DNA of 64,000 nucleotides from Escherichia coli (GCF_003334355.1 NZ_QOWP01000007.1); one strand, 5' to 3'. Numbered from the stretch's first letter, positions 48,114 to 59,230 are shown. A program made the numbers and translations. Notes: generated from the letters alone by a model not told the origin.

Positions 48114-48635
48114 TTACTTAATTACACCACAGGCATAGCGTTCACCGCCACCGCCCAGCGGTTTAGGTTGATCGGACATATTATCGCCGCCAACGTGGAC
48201 CATCAGCGCTTTGTCTTTGATTTCATCCAGTGATTTCAGACGAGGCGCGATGACGGCATCGGTAGCTTTGCCGTCATTATTGACGACCAGTGCAGGCAGA
48301 TCGCCTAAATGCCCGGCACCTTCTGGCCCTTCATGTTTACCGGTATTTTGTGGATCAAGATGCCCGCCTGCGGATTCCGCGGCGCTGGCTTTGCCATCTT
48401 TGGTGGCTGGCTGGCAGCTTCCTTTGGCATGAATATGGAAGCCATGTTCACCGGGGGGTAATGCTTTCAGATCGGGCGAAAACTCCAGACCTTTATCGGT
48501 TTCAGTAATGGTGACGCTACCAATTGACTGCCCTACCCCTTGCGACGTGACGAGGTTCATCTCGACTTTTTCACTGGCAGCTTGTGCGCCGGTTGCAACA
48601 ACCAGCGCCAGAATAGCCAGACTAAAACGTTTCAT
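48114..48635 (-). CDS. sodC: periplasmic Cu/Zn superoxide dismutase
   Basis: ORF track 48114..48686; recognised start MKRFSLAILALVVATGAQA (signal peptide) is 17 codons in, giving 173 aa; Cu/Zn-SOD motif GGGGERYACGVI. Confidence 0.95.
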   Translation of the reverse strand: MKRFSLAILALVVATGAQAASEKVEMNLVTSQGVGQSIGSVTITETDKGLEFSPDLKALPPGEHGFHIHAKGSCQPATKDGKASAAESAGGHLDPQNTGKHEGPEGAGHLGDLPALVVNNDGKATDAVIAPRLKSLDEIKDKALMVHVGGDNMSDQPKPLGGGGERYACGVIK

Positions 48636-48715
48636 AGGACCTCCGTTCATTGTGCATTCCTGAATAAGTGTAAACCAGTGACACATTTTTGAACGGCGGC
48701 TATTCCTAAAAGTGC

Positions 48716-49612
48716 TTACGGTACGTCGTACCCCAGTGCCGCTTTACGGATACGAAACCATTGTTGACGGGTCATTTTCAGTGTTTCTGCTTCGACAGCT
48801 GCCCGTACGCGCTCAATTTTACCTGAACCGATAATTGGCAGCGGCTGCGATGGTAAACGTAATACCCAGGCGTAAACCACCTGTTCAATCGAGCCCGCGT
48901 TTAACTCCTCTGCCACCACAGCCAGTTCATCACGCAGCGGCTGGAAATAATCATCATTAAACAGACGACCACCACCAAGGCAGGACCACGCCATCGGACG
49001 AACACGCAGTTGTTGTAGTTGGTCGAGCGTGCCATCCAGCAGTAACGGCTGATGCACCGGGGATATTTCCACCTGATTAGTGGCAAGGGTAAACGGCAGA
49101 CGTGATTGCAACAGGGCAAATTGCGCAGGCGTAAAGTTCGATACGCCAAAATGACGCACTTTGCCGCTCTGATGCAGATGTTTGAACGCGTCCGCCACTT
49201 CATCGGCATCCATTAACGGGTCTGGTCGGTGGATTAACAGCAAATCCAGATGATCGGTCGCGAGATTAATTAGCGACTGTTCGGCGCTCTTAATGATGTG
49301 ATCGCGGTCAGTGATGTAATGACCAATGACGTTTTCTTCACGCGCGGTCGTCGCGATACCGCATTTACTGACGATTTCCATCCGTTCACGCAGGTGAGAT
49401 GCCAGTTTCAGTGCCTCGCCAAACGCCGCTTCGCACTGATAGCCACCATAAATATCAGCATGGTCCACGGTGGTCACGCCGAGATCCAGATGCTCTTCAA
49501 TAAAACTGACCAGCTGGCGGGCGGACATATTCCAGTCCATCAATCGCCAGTAGCCCATCACAAAACGGGAAAACTCCGGGCCTTGCGGCGCAATAGTAAT
49601 ACGCTGAACCAT
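48716..49612 (-). CDS. ydhF: aldo/keto reductase family oxidoreductase
   Basis: ORF track 298 aa; matches YdhF. Confidence 0.9.
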   Translation of the reverse strand: MVQRITIAPQGPEFSRFVMGYWRLMDWNMSARQLVSFIEEHLDLGVTTVDHADIYGGYQCEAAFGEALKLASHLRERMEIVSKCGIATTAREENVIGHYITDRDHIIKSAEQSLINLATDHLDLLLIHRPDPLMDADEVADAFKHLHQSGKVRHFGVSNFTPAQFALLQSRLPFTLATNQVEISPVHQPLLLDGTLDQLQQLRVRPMAWSCLGGGRLFNDDYFQPLRDELAVVAEELNAGSIEQVVYAWVLRLPSQPLPIIGSGKIERVRAAVEAETLKMTRQQWFRIRKAALGYDVP

Positions 49613-49660
49613 AATCGCTTCCTCTTATCAGATATGAGAGGAGTATACGCAAGATTAGGT

Positions 49661-49900
49661 TCAAAAGAGTGATGGTTGCTCCGGTTCGTCTGATGACGCT
49701 GGCTTATTTGCGCGTAATTTGCGCATTAATCGCTGCCGACAAAGGCGCAGCACCTCTTGTTTTTCGCCATCGCTCATTTTATTCCAGTTAAAACGCTCAT
49801 CACGACTACGAAAACAGCCGCGACAAAACCCGCGTTCGTCAGACTGGCAAATTCCCCGGCACGGGCTCTGGACGGGAAAGAACTCTAATTGCTCCGCCAC
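49661..49900 (-). CDS. ydhL: DUF1289 cysteine-rich small protein
   Basis: Within ORF track 49661..50071; apparent GTG start preceded by the RBS gaggagg, giving the 79-aa VAEQLEFFPVQSPCRGICQSDERGFCRGCFRSRDERFNW... Confidence 0.8.
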   Translation of the reverse strand: MAEQLEFFPVQSPCRGICQSDERGFCRGCFRSRDERFNWNKMSDGEKQEVLRLCRQRLMRKLRANKPASSDEPEQPSLF

Positions 49901-49972
49901 TTCGCCCTCCTCAGATAAGATTATTACCATTATTGAAGCTGTTAATGTCCAAAGTAGCAACTTTGCTTGCAC

Positions 49973-49988
49973 TAGACCGACTGGTCTA
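49973..49988. promoter_or_regulatory. NemR operator, perfect 16-bp palindrome
   Basis: TAGACCGACTGGTCTA about 15 nt upstream of the nemR start codon. Confidence 0.7.
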
Positions 49989-50002
49989 CTACACTCCAAC
50001 GC

Positions 50003-50602
50003 ATGAACAAACACACCGAACATGATACTCGCGAACATCTCCTGGCGACGGGCGAGCAACTTTGCCTGCAACGTGGATTCACCGGGATGGGGCTAAGCGA
50101 ATTACTAAAAACCGCTGAAGTGCCGAAAGGGTCCTTCTATCACTACTTTCGCTCTAAAGAAGCGTTTGGCGTTGCCATGCTTGAGCGTCATTACGCCGCA
50201 TATCACCAGCGACTGACTGAGTTGCTGCAATCTGGCGAAGGTAACTACCGCGACCGCATACTGGCTTATTACCAGCAAACACTGAACCAGTTTTGCCAAC
50301 ATGGAACCATCAGTGGTTGCCTGACAGTAAAACTCTCTGCCGAAGTGTGCGATCTGTCAGAAGATATGCGCAGCGCGATGGATAAAGGTGCTCGCGGCGT
50401 GATCGCCCTGCTCTCTCAGGCGCTGGAAAATGGCCGTGAGAACCATTGTTTAACCTTTTGTGGCGAACCGCTGCAACAGGCACAAGTGCTTTACGCACTG
50501 TGGCTTGGCGCGAATCTGCAGGCCAAAATTTCGCGCAGTTTCGAGCCACTGGAAAACGCGCTGGCCCATGTAAAAAACATTATTGCGACGCCTGCCGTTT
50601 AG
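50003..50602 (+). CDS. nemR: TetR-family electrophile-sensing repressor NemR
   Basis: ORF track 199 aa; matches NemR. Confidence 0.95.
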   Translation: MNKHTEHDTREHLLATGEQLCLQRGFTGMGLSELLKTAEVPKGSFYHYFRSKEAFGVAMLERHYAAYHQRLTELLQSGEGNYRDRILAYYQQTLNQFCQHGTISGCLTVKLSAEVCDLSEDMRSAMDKGARGVIALLSQALENGRENHCLTFCGEPLQQAQVLYALWLGANLQAKISRSFEPLENALAHVKNIIATPAV

Positions 50603-50638
50603 CAGGCATTTTTTATCACCAGACGACCGGGAGCCTTT

Positions 50639-51736
50639 ATGTCATCTGAAAAACTGTATTCCCCACTGAAAGTGGGCGCGATCACGGCGGCAAACCGTAT
50701 TTTTATGGCACCGCTGACGCGTCTGCGCAGTATTGAACCGGGTGACATTCCTACCCCGTTGATGGCGGAATACTATCGCCAACGTGCCAGTGCCGGTTTG
50801 ATTATTAGTGAAGCCACGCAAATTTCTGCCCAGGCAAAAGGATATGCAGGTGCGCCTGGCATCCATAGTCCGGAGCAAATTGCCGCATGGAAAAAAATCA
50901 CCGCTGGCGTTCATGCTGAAAATGGTCATATGGCCGTGCAGCTGTGGCACACCGGACGCATTTCTCACGCCAGCCTGCAACCTGGCGGTCAGGCACCGGT
51001 AGCGCCTTCAGCACTTAGCGCGGGAACACGTACTTCTCTGCGCGATGAAAATGGTCAGGCGATCCGTGTTGAAACATCCATGCCGCGTGCGCTTGAACTG
51101 GAAGAGATTCCAGGTATCGTCAATGATTTCCGTCAGGCCATTGCTAACGCGCGTGAAGCCGGTTTTGATCTGGTAGAGCTCCACTCTGCTCACGGTTATT
51201 TGCTGCATCAGTTCCTTTCTCCTTCTTCAAACCATCGTACCGATCAGTACGGCGGCAGCGTGGAAAATCGCGCACGTTTGGTACTGGAAGTGGTCGATGC
51301 CGGGATTGAAGAATGGGGTGCCGATCGCATTGGCATTCGCGTTTCGCCAATCGGTACTTTCCAGAACACAGATAACGGCCCGAATGAAGAAGCCGATGCA
51401 CTGTATCTGATTGAACAACTGGGTAAACGCGGCATTGCTTATCTGCATATGTCAGAACCAGATTGGGCGGGGGGTGAACCGTATACTGATGCGTTCCGCG
51501 AAAAAGTACGCGCCCGTTTCCACGGTCCGATTATCGGCGCAGGTGCATACACAGTAGAAAAAGCTGAAACGCTGATCGGCAAAGGGTTAATTGATGCGGT
51601 GGCATTTGGTCGTGACTGGATTGCGAACCCGGATCTGGTCGCCCGCTTGCAGCGCAAAGCTGAGCTTAACCCACAGCGTGCCGAAAGTTTCTACGGTGGC
51701 GGCGCGGAAGGCTATACCGATTACCCGACGTTGTAA
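50639..51736 (+). CDS. nemA: N-ethylmaleimide reductase (Old Yellow Enzyme family, FMN)
   Basis: ORF track 365 aa; matches NemA. Confidence 0.96.
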
Positions 51737-51816
51737 TCCAACATTGCGAGCGGCGTAAAGCCGCCGCTATACTAAAACAACATTTTGAATCTGTTAGCCA
51801 TTTTGAGGATAAAAAG

Positions 51817-52224
51817 ATGCGTCTTCTTCATACCATGCTGCGCGTTGGCGATTTGCAACGCTCCATCGATTTTTATACCAAAGTGCTGGGCATGAAACTG
51901 CTGCGTACCAGCGAAAACCCGGAATACAAATACTCACTGGCGTTTGTTGGCTACGGCCCGGAAACCGAAGAAGCGGTGATTGAACTGACCTACAACTGGG
52001 GCGTGGATAAATACGAACTCGGCACTGCTTATGGTCACATCGCGCTTAGCGTAGATAACGCCGCTGAAGCGTGCGAAAAAATCCGTCAAAACGGGGGTAA
52101 CGTGACCCGTGAAGCGGGTCCGGTAAAAGGCGGTACTACGGTTATCGCGTTTGTGGAAGATCCGGACGGTTACAAAATTGAGTTAATCGAAGAGAAAGAC
52201 GCCGGTCGCGGTCTGGGCAACTAA
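51817..52224 (+). CDS. gloA: glyoxalase I (lactoylglutathione lyase)
   Basis: ORF track 135 aa; [26 protein letters not shown] matches GloA. Confidence 0.97.
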
Positions 52225-52326
52225 TCTCCTGCCGGGCGTGAACTCATCGCGCCCGCATCTTTACTGCATCGACAAGTAATATTTGTCATAATGCGCGCTG
52301 CAATTTATCCGTATTAAGAGAATCAG

Positions 52327-52974
52327 ATGTCCGATAACGCTCAACTTACCGGTCTGTGCGACCGTTTTCGTGGTTTTTATCCTGTTGTGATCGATGTTGA
52401 AACAGCCGGATTTAACGCCAAAACCGATGCGCTGCTTGAGATTGCCGCCATCACCCTGAAAATGGATGAACAAGGCTGGCTGATGCCGGACACCACATTA
52501 CATTTCCACGTCGAACCATTTGTCGGCGCAAATTTGCAACCAGAAGCCCTCGCCTTCAACGGCATTGACCCGAACGATCCCGATCGCGGCGCGGTCAGCG
52601 AATACGAGGCGCTGCACGAAATTTTTAAAGTTGTACGTAAAGGTATTAAAGCGAGCGGCTGTAACCGCGCCATTATGGTGGCGCACAATGCCAATTTTGA
52701 TCACAGCTTTATGATGGCCGCCGCAGAACGCGCCTCACTGAAACGTAACCCGTTCCACCCTTTCGCCACTTTTGACACTGCTGCACTGGCCGGGCTGGCA
52801 CTCGGACAAACCGTATTGTCAAAGGCTTGCCAGACCGCTGGCATGGACTTCGACAGCACCCAGGCGCACTCCGCGCTGTACGACACCGAACGCACTGCTG
52901 TGCTGTTTTGTGAAATCGTCAACCGCTGGAAACGTCTGGGAGGCTGGCCGCTACCTGCCGCCGAAGAGGTGTAA
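52327..52974 (+). CDS. rnt: ribonuclease T (DEDDh 3'-5' exoribonuclease)
   Basis: ORF track 215 aa; DEDD motif region [10 protein letters not shown]. Confidence 0.96.
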
Positions 52975-53066
52975 TCGAGTCGATGCCTGATGACATGCAA
53001 TGATTAAGGCATCTATAGTGAGGCTATTCCACGCATCCTGCATGATATTCACGGGGAATAGCGTTA

Positions 53067-56000
53067 ATGGCAGATAATCCAGACCCTTCATCGCTCCTGC
53101 CGGACGTGTTTTCACCGGCGACCCGCGACTGGTTTCTTCGCGCCTTTAAACAGCCGACCGCTGTCCAGCCGCAAACCTGGCATGTGGCGGCGCGAAGCGA
53201 ACATGCGCTGGTGATTGCACCGACCGGCTCCGGGAAAACGCTGGCAGCATTTCTCTACGCCCTCGATCGGCTCTTCCGCGAAGGCGGCGAAGATACCCGC
53301 GAGGCGCATAAGCGTAAAACCTCACGCATCCTCTATATTTCACCGATAAAAGCCCTGGGCACCGACGTTCAGCGCAACTTGCAGATCCCGTTGAAGGGTA
53401 TTGCCGATGAACGGCGGCGGCGCGGCGAAACGGAAGTCAATCTTCGCGTAGGGATCCGTACTGGCGATACGCCTGCACAGGAACGCAGCAAACTCACCCG
53501 TAATCCGCCGGATATTCTGATCACCACACCCGAATCACTCTATCTGATGCTGACCTCCCGCGCGCGCGAAACGCTACGCGGCGTCGAAACGGTAATTATT
53601 GATGAAGTCCACGCGGTAGCGGGCAGTAAACGTGGTGCGCATCTGGCGTTAAGTCTGGAGCGGCTCGATGCGCTGCTCCACACCTCAGCACAGCGAATTG
53701 GCCTTTCTGCCACTGTGCGCTCAGCCAGCGATGTGGCAGCATTTCTTGGTGGCGATCGCCCGGTTACGGTAGTCAACCCGCCCGCAATGCGCCATCCGCA
53801 GATACGAATTGTCGTACCGGTCGCCAATATGGATGATGTCTCATCGGTCGCCAGCGGCACCGGCGAAGACAGCCATGCCGGCCGGGAAGGCTCCATCTGG
53901 CCATATATTGAAACGGGTATCCTTGATGAAGTGTTGCGCCATCGCTCGACCATTGTCTTTACTAATTCACGCGGGCTGGCGGAAAAACTGACGGCACGAT
54001 TAAATGAGCTTTACGCCGCACGCTTACAGCGTTCCCCGTCTATCGCCGTTGATGCGGCCCATTTCGAGTCGACCTCCGGCGCAACCTCTAACCGTGTACA
54101 AAGTAGCGACGTTTTTATTGCCCGCTCACACCACGGCTCCGTCTCTAAAGAACAACGAGCAATCACCGAACAGGCGCTGAAATCGGGTGAATTACGCTGC
54201 GTGGTCGCAACCTCCAGTCTTGAACTGGGGATTGATATGGGCGCGGTGGATCTGGTGATTCAGGTGGCAACGCCGCTTTCTGTTGCCAGTGGGTTACAAC
54301 GCATTGGTCGCGCCGGACATCAGGTTGGCGGTGTATCTAAAGGGCTGTTTTTCCCCCGTACCCGGCGTGATTTAGTCGATTCCGCAGTCATTGTAGAGTG
54401 TATGTTCGCAGGCAGGCTGGAAAACCTGACACCACCGCATAATCCTCTCGACGTCCTTGCGCAGCAAACCGTTGCCGCCGCGGCGATGGATGCATTACAG
54501 GTAGACGAATGGTACTCCCGCGTACGCCGTGCCGCACCGTGGAAAGATCTGCCAAGACGTGTTTTTGACGCCACGCTGGATATGCTTTCCGGGCGCTATC
54601 CCTCTGGCGATTTTTCTGCTTTTCGCCCCAAACTGGTCTGGAACAGGGAGACCGGGATATTGACCGCCCGACCTGGCGCTCAATTGTTGGCGGTTACCAG
54701 CGGCGGCACCATTCCGGATCGTGGCATGTATAGCGTGTTATTACCCGAAGGTGAAGAAAAGGCCGGTTCGCGGCGGGTGGGTGAACTGGATGAGGAGATG
54801 GTATATGAGTCGCGGGTGAACGACATTATCACTCTCGGCGCTACCTCATGGCGGATCCAGCAAATCACCCGCGATCAGGTGATTGTGACTCCTGCTCCGG
54901 GTCGTTCTGCCCGGCTCCCCTTCTGGCGTGGTGAAGGTAACGGACGTCCGGCTGAATTAGGCGAGATGATCGGCGATTTTCTTCATTTGCTGGCGGATGG
55001 CGCGTTCTTTTCCGGGACTATTCCCCCGTGGCTGGCAGAAGAAAATACGATCGCCAATATTCAGGGGTTGATTGAGGAGCAGCGCAACGCAACGGGCATC
55101 GTTCCGGGGAGTCGCCATCTGGTCCTCGAACAGTGCCGTGATGAAATTGGTGACTGGCGTATTATTTTGCACTCTCCCTATGGAAGACGGGTGCATGAAC
55201 CCTGGGCGCTGGCGATTGCCGGGCGAATACATGCGCTATGGGGCGCTGACGCGTCGGTGGTCGCCAGTGATGACGGCATTGTTGCACGTATTCCTGACAC
55301 CGATGGTAAATTGCCCGATGCCGCGATTTTTTTGTTTGAACCAGAAAAGTTGCTGCAAATTGTCCGCGAGGCGGTAGGCAGCTCGGCACTTTTCGCCGCC
55401 CGTTTTCGCGAATGCACCGCGCGGGCATTATTAATGCCGGGGCGCACTCCGGGCCATCGCACCCCGCTTTGGCAACAACGGCTGCGCGCCAGTCAGTTGC
55501 TGGAAATCGCTCAGGGATATCCGGATTTTCCGGTCATTCTCGAAACCCTACGCGAATGTCTGCAAGATGTTTATGATCTTCCCGCACTGGAACGTTTGAT
55601 GCGTCGCCTGAACGGTGGCGAAATTCAAATATCCGATGTAACGACCACTACGCCCTCGCCTTTCGCCACAAGTTTATTGTTCGGCTATGTCGCGGAATTT
55701 ATGTACCAGAGCGACGCCCCGCTGGCAGAGCGCCGGGCATCCGTACTGTCGCTGGACAGCGAGTTACTGCGCAATCTACTCGGACAGGTCGATCCGGGGG
55801 AATTACTCGACCCGCAGGTCATTCGCCAGGTGGAAGAAGAGTTGCAACGACTGGCTCCTGGCAGAAGAGCGAAAGGTGAAGAAGGATTGTTCGACCTGCT
55901 GCGCGAACTGGGGCCAATGACCGTTGAAGACCTGGCGCAACGGCATACAGGCAGCAGTGAAGAGGTTGCGTCGTATCTGGAAAATCTTCTTGCAGTAAAA

Positions 56001-57683
56001 CGAATCTTCCCAGCGATGATTAGCGGACAGGAGCGTCTTGCCTGTATGGATGATGCCGCCAGGCTGCGTGATGCCCTCGGCGTACGACTACCAGAGTCAT
56101 TGCCAGAGATTTATTTACATAGAGTCAGTTACCCGCTTCGCGACCTCTTTCTGCGCTATCTCCGGGCTCATGCTCTGGTCACGGCTGAACAACTGGCTCA
56201 TGAGTTTAGTCTCGGTATTGCCATTGTCGAAGAGCAGCTTCAGCAACTGCGTGAACAGGGTCTGGTGATGAATCTGCAACAAGACATCTGGGTGAGCGAT
56301 GAAGTATTTCGTCGTCTGCGTTTGCGCTCGCTGCAAGCCGCCAGAGAAGCGACGCGTCCCGTTGCAGCCACGACCTATGCGCGATTGCTGCTGGAACGTC
56401 AGGGCGTATTACCCGCCACCGATGGTAGCCCGGCGCTCTTTGCCTCAACATCGCCAGGCGTTTATGAGGGCGTAGATGGCGTGATGCGGGTGATCGAACA
56501 GCTTGCCGGAGTCGGTTTACCCGCCTCACTCTGGGAAAGCCAGATCCTGCCTGCCCGCGTACGCGACTATTCGTCAGAAATGCTCGATGAATTACTGGCA
56601 ACCGGTGCGGTTATCTGGTCGGGGCAAAAAAAACTGGGTGAAGATGACGGCCTGGTGGCACTGCATCTACAGGAATATGCTGCAGAATCGTTCACTCCCG
56701 CCGAAGCGGATCAGGCGAATCGTTCGGCGCTGCAACAAGCGATAGTCGCTGTTCTGGCTGACGGAGGAGCCTGGTTTGCACAACAAATCAGCCAACGGAT
56801 ACGCGACAAAATCGGCGAATCGGTTGATCTCTCTGCCCTGCAAGAGGCGTTATGGGCGCTGGTCTGGCAAGGCGTCATCACCAGCGACATTTGGGCACCG
56901 TTACGCGCCCTCACCCGCAGCAGTTCCAACGCACGCACCTCAACTCGCCGCAGTCACCGGGCTCGTCGTGGACGTCCTGTCTATGCGCAACCCGTCTCGC
57001 CGCGGGTATCTTACAACACACCAAATCTGGCTGGACGCTGGTCGTTATTGCAGGTGGAGCCACTAAACGATACCGAAAGGATGCTGGCGCTGGCGGAAAA
57101 TATGCTCGACCGCTACGGCATCATCAGTCGTCAGACGGTGATAGCCGAAAATATCCCTGGCGGGTTTCCATCGATGCAAACGCTTTGTCGAAGTATGGAA
57201 GACTCCGGGCGAATTATGCGAGGTCGTTTTGTAGAAGGTCTGGGTGGCGCGCAATTCGCTGAACGTCTGACTATTGACCGATTGCGCGATCTGGCGACAC
57301 AAGCTACGCAAACGCGCCACTATACACCAGTGGCGCTCTCTGCCAACGATCCGGCTAATGTGTGGGGAAATCTTCTGCCCTGGCCTGCACATCCGGCAAC
57401 GCTGGTTCCAACGCGTCGGGCGGGTGCGCTGGTGGTCGTTTCTGGCGGCAAATTGTTACTCTATCTGGCGCAAGGTGGCAAAAAAATGCTGGTCTGGCAG
57501 GAAAAAGAGGAATTACTCGCCCCAGAGGTTTTCCACGCGCTGACTACCGCACTGCGTCGCGAACCACGGCTGCGCTTTACGCTAACAGAAGTGAATGATC
57601 TACCGGTCCGGCAAACGCCGATGTTTACGCTGCTGCGTGAGGCGGGATTTTCAAGTTCGCCACAAGGGCTGGATTGGGGATAG
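53067..57683 (+). CDS. lhr: large ATP-dependent helicase Lhr (superfamily 2)
   Basis: ORF track 1538 aa; Walker A APTGSGKT, DEVH box and motif VI QRIGRAGH in the N-terminal half, followed by a long C-terminal extension. Confidence 0.96.
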   Translation: MADNPDPSSLLPDVFSPATRDWFLRAFKQPTAVQPQTWHVAARSEHALVIAPTGSGKTLAAFLYALDRLFREGGEDTREAHKRKTSRILYISPIKALGTDVQRNLQIPLKGIADERRRRGETEVNLRVGIRTGDTPAQERSKLTRNPPDILITTPESLYLMLTSRARETLRGVETVIIDEVHAVAGSKRGAHLALSLERLDALLHTSAQRIGLSATVRSASDVAAFLGGDRPVTVVNPPAMRHPQIRIVVPVANMDDVSSVASGTGEDSHAGREGSIWPYIETGILDEVLRHRSTIVFTNSRGLAEKLTARLNELYAARLQRSPSIAVDAAHFESTSGATSNRVQSSDVFIARSHHGSVSKEQRAITEQALKSGELRCVVATSSLELGIDMGAVDLVIQVATPLSVASGLQRIGRAGHQVGGVSKGLFFPRTRRDLVDSAVIVECMFAGRLENLTPPHNPLDVLAQQTVAAAAMDALQVDEWYSRVRRAAPWKDLPRRVFDATLDMLSGRYPSGDFSAFRPKLVWNRETGILTARPGAQLLAVTSGGTIPDRGMYSVLLPEGEEKAGSRRVGELDEEMVYESRVNDIITLGATSWRIQQITRDQVIVTPAPGRSARLPFWRGEGNGRPAELGEMIGDFLHLLADGAFFSGTIPPWLAEENTIANIQGLIEEQRNATGIVPGSRHLVLEQCRDEIGDWRIILHSPYGRRVHEPWALAIAGRIHALWGADASVVASDDGIVARIPDTDGKLPDAAIFLFEPEKLLQIVREAVGSSALFAARFRECTARALLMPGRTPGHRTPLWQQRLRASQLLEIAQGYPDFPVILETLRECLQDVYDLPALERLMRRLNGGEIQISDVTTTTPSPFATSLLFGYVAEFMYQSDAPLAERRASVLSLDSELLRNLLGQVDPGELLDPQVIRQVEEELQRLAPGRRAKGEEGLFDLLRELGPMTVEDLAQRHTGSSEEVASYLENLLAVKRIFPAMISGQERLACMDDAARLRDALGVRLPESLPEIYLHRVSYPLRDLFLRYLRAHALVTAEQLAHEFSLGIAIVEEQLQQLREQGLVMNLQQDIWVSDEVFRRLRLRSLQAAREATRPVAATTYARLLLERQGVLPATDGSPALFASTSPGVYEGVDGVMRVIEQLAGVGLPASLWESQILPARVRDYSSEMLDELLATGAVIWSGQKKLGEDDGLVALHLQEYAAESFTPAEADQANRSALQQAIVAVLADGGAWFAQQISQRIRDKIGESVDLSALQEALWALVWQGVITSDIWAPLRALTRSSSNARTSTRRSHRARRGRPVYAQPVSPRVSYNTPNLAGRWSLLQVEPLNDTERMLALAENMLDRYGIISRQTVIAENIPGGFPSMQTLCRSMEDSGRIMRGRFVEGLGGAQFAERLTIDRLRDLATQATQTRHYTPVALSANDPANVWGNLLPWPAHPATLVPTRRAGALVVVSGGKLLLYLAQGGKKMLVWQEKEELLAPEVFHALTTALRREPRLRFTLTEVNDLPVRQTPMFTLLREAGFSSSPQGLDWG

Positions 57684-57691
57684 AGAAAGGA

Positions 57692-57720
57692 CTGACGGAT
57701 GCCCGTTCGCATCCGTCAGT
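57692..57720. terminator. putative stem-loop between convergent lhr and grxD
   Basis: Hairpin actgacggatgc-ccgttc-gcatccgtcagt. Confidence 0.45.
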
Positions 57721-57733
57721 ATTGCAGGACGGA

Positions 57734-58081
57734 TTATTCCGCGTCCGGCTCTTCAGACTTGTATTTAGCGGCAGTTTCTTTGATCAGCTGCTGCAGTTCG
57801 CCACGCTGATACATTTCGATCACGATATCACAACCGCCGACCAGCTCGCCGTCAACCCACAGTTGCGGGAAGGTCGGCCAGTTAGCATATTTCGGCAGTT
57901 CCGCACGAATGTCCGGATTCTGCAGAATATCAACATAGGCAAAACGTTCGCCACATGCGGCAAGCGCCTGGACTGCCTGGGCAGAGAAACCGCAGCTCGG
58001 CAGTTTCGGTGAACCTTTCATGTACAGCAGAATCGGGTTTTCAGCAATCTGGCGTTGGATTTTTTCGATAGTGGTGCTCAT
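57734..58081 (-). CDS. grxD: monothiol glutaredoxin 4
   Basis: ORF track 115 aa; CGFS active site (KLPSCGFSAQ). Confidence 0.96.
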   Translation of the reverse strand: MSTTIEKIQRQIAENPILLYMKGSPKLPSCGFSAQAVQALAACGERFAYVDILQNPDIRAELPKYANWPTFPQLWVDGELVGGCDIVIEMYQRGELQQLIKETAAKYKSEEPDAE

Positions 58082-58414
58082 TGTCTTGCTTCCTCAAACT
58101 TCTTTACGGCAGTAATCTGACATTGTAGCGGGTCAGTGCGGCATCGGAAAATAACATTTTCATCACGCTTTTGCTATTTTATTCCTTTGCTCTATTTGTT
58201 GCATTTCAAATATTCGTTTCTTCTCTGATGCCGGCAAACTGGCGTATTTATAACCATTTTTAGCTTTCACTGCTGCATTTTTTTGCGCTCGCCAACGAAA
58301 CGTATTTTTTAACAATAAAAGCTATTAACTTTCTCTTCTTCTATGCATTAGAATCATCAAGTTTTGTAAATCAGACGCAGGCATGATAGACCTGCCTTAA
58401 CAGAGGGACGCTCA

Positions 58415-59230
58415 GTGGCGCGGATAAACCGTATTTCGATCACGCTCTGTGCTTTACTTTTTACCACCCTGCCTTTAACGCCTATGGCCCATGCTTCAAA
58501 GCAAGCCAGGGAGAGTTCTGCTACCACTCATATCACCAAAAAAGCAGATAAAAAGAAAAGCACGGCAACCACCAAAAAGACCCAGAAAACAGCGAAAAAA
58601 GCCGCCAGTAAAAGTACGACCAAAAGCAAAACCGCTTCTTCCGTTAAAAAATCTTCCATTACCGCTTCTAAAAACGCCAAAACTCGCAGCAAACACGCCG
58701 TCAATAAAACGGCCTCAGCCAGCTTTACCGAAAAGTGTACCAAACGTAAGGGCTATAAATCGCATTGTGTGAAAGTCAAAAATGCCGCGTCAGGAACTCT
58801 TGCCGACGCGCACAAAGCGAAGGTGCAAAAAGCTACGAAAGTGGCAATGAATAAACTGATGCAGCAAATTGGTAAGCCATATCGTTGGGGTGGCAGCTCA
58901 CCGCGTACCGGTTTTGATTGCAGCGGCCTGGTTTATTACGCTTATAAAGATTTGGTGAAAATTCGTATTCCGCGTACGGCGAATGAAATGTATCACCTGC
59001 GTGATGCAGCGCCAATCGAACGTAGTGAACTGAAAAACGGCGACCTGGTCTTTTTCCGTACTCAGGGACGCGGCACAGCCGATCATGTCGGCGTGTATGT
59101 CGGCAACGGCAAATTTATTCAGTCACCGCGCACAGGTCAGGAAATTCAAATCACTTCTCTCAGTGAAGACTACTGGCAGCGCCACTATGTTGGCGCTCGT
59201 CGGGTAATGACCCCAAAAACACTTCGCTAA
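58415..59230 (+). CDS. mepH: NlpC/P60-family peptidoglycan DD-endopeptidase MepH (YdhO)
   Basis: ORF track 271 aa; signal peptide, Lys/Ser/Thr-rich linker, and a C-terminal NlpC/P60 domain with catalytic Cys in GFDCSGLV. Confidence 0.93.
   Translation: MARINRISITLCALLFTTLPLTPMAHASKQARESSATTHITKKADKKKSTATTKKTQKTAKKAASKSTTKSKTASSVKKSSITASKNAKTRSKHAVNKTASASFTEKCTKRKGYKSHCVKVKNAASGTLADAHKAKVQKATKVAMNKLMQQIGKPYRWGGSSPRTGFDCSGLVYYAYKDLVKIRIPRTANEMYHLRDAAPIERSELKNGDLVFFRTQGRGTADHVGVYVGNGKFIQSPRTGQEIQITSLSEDYWQRHYVGARRVMTPKTLR

Noticed and set aside
58491-58772. 93-aa Pro/Lys-rich ORF in an alternative frame within mepH
   Set aside because: Frame artefact of the low-complexity lysine-rich linker region of mepH on the same strand.
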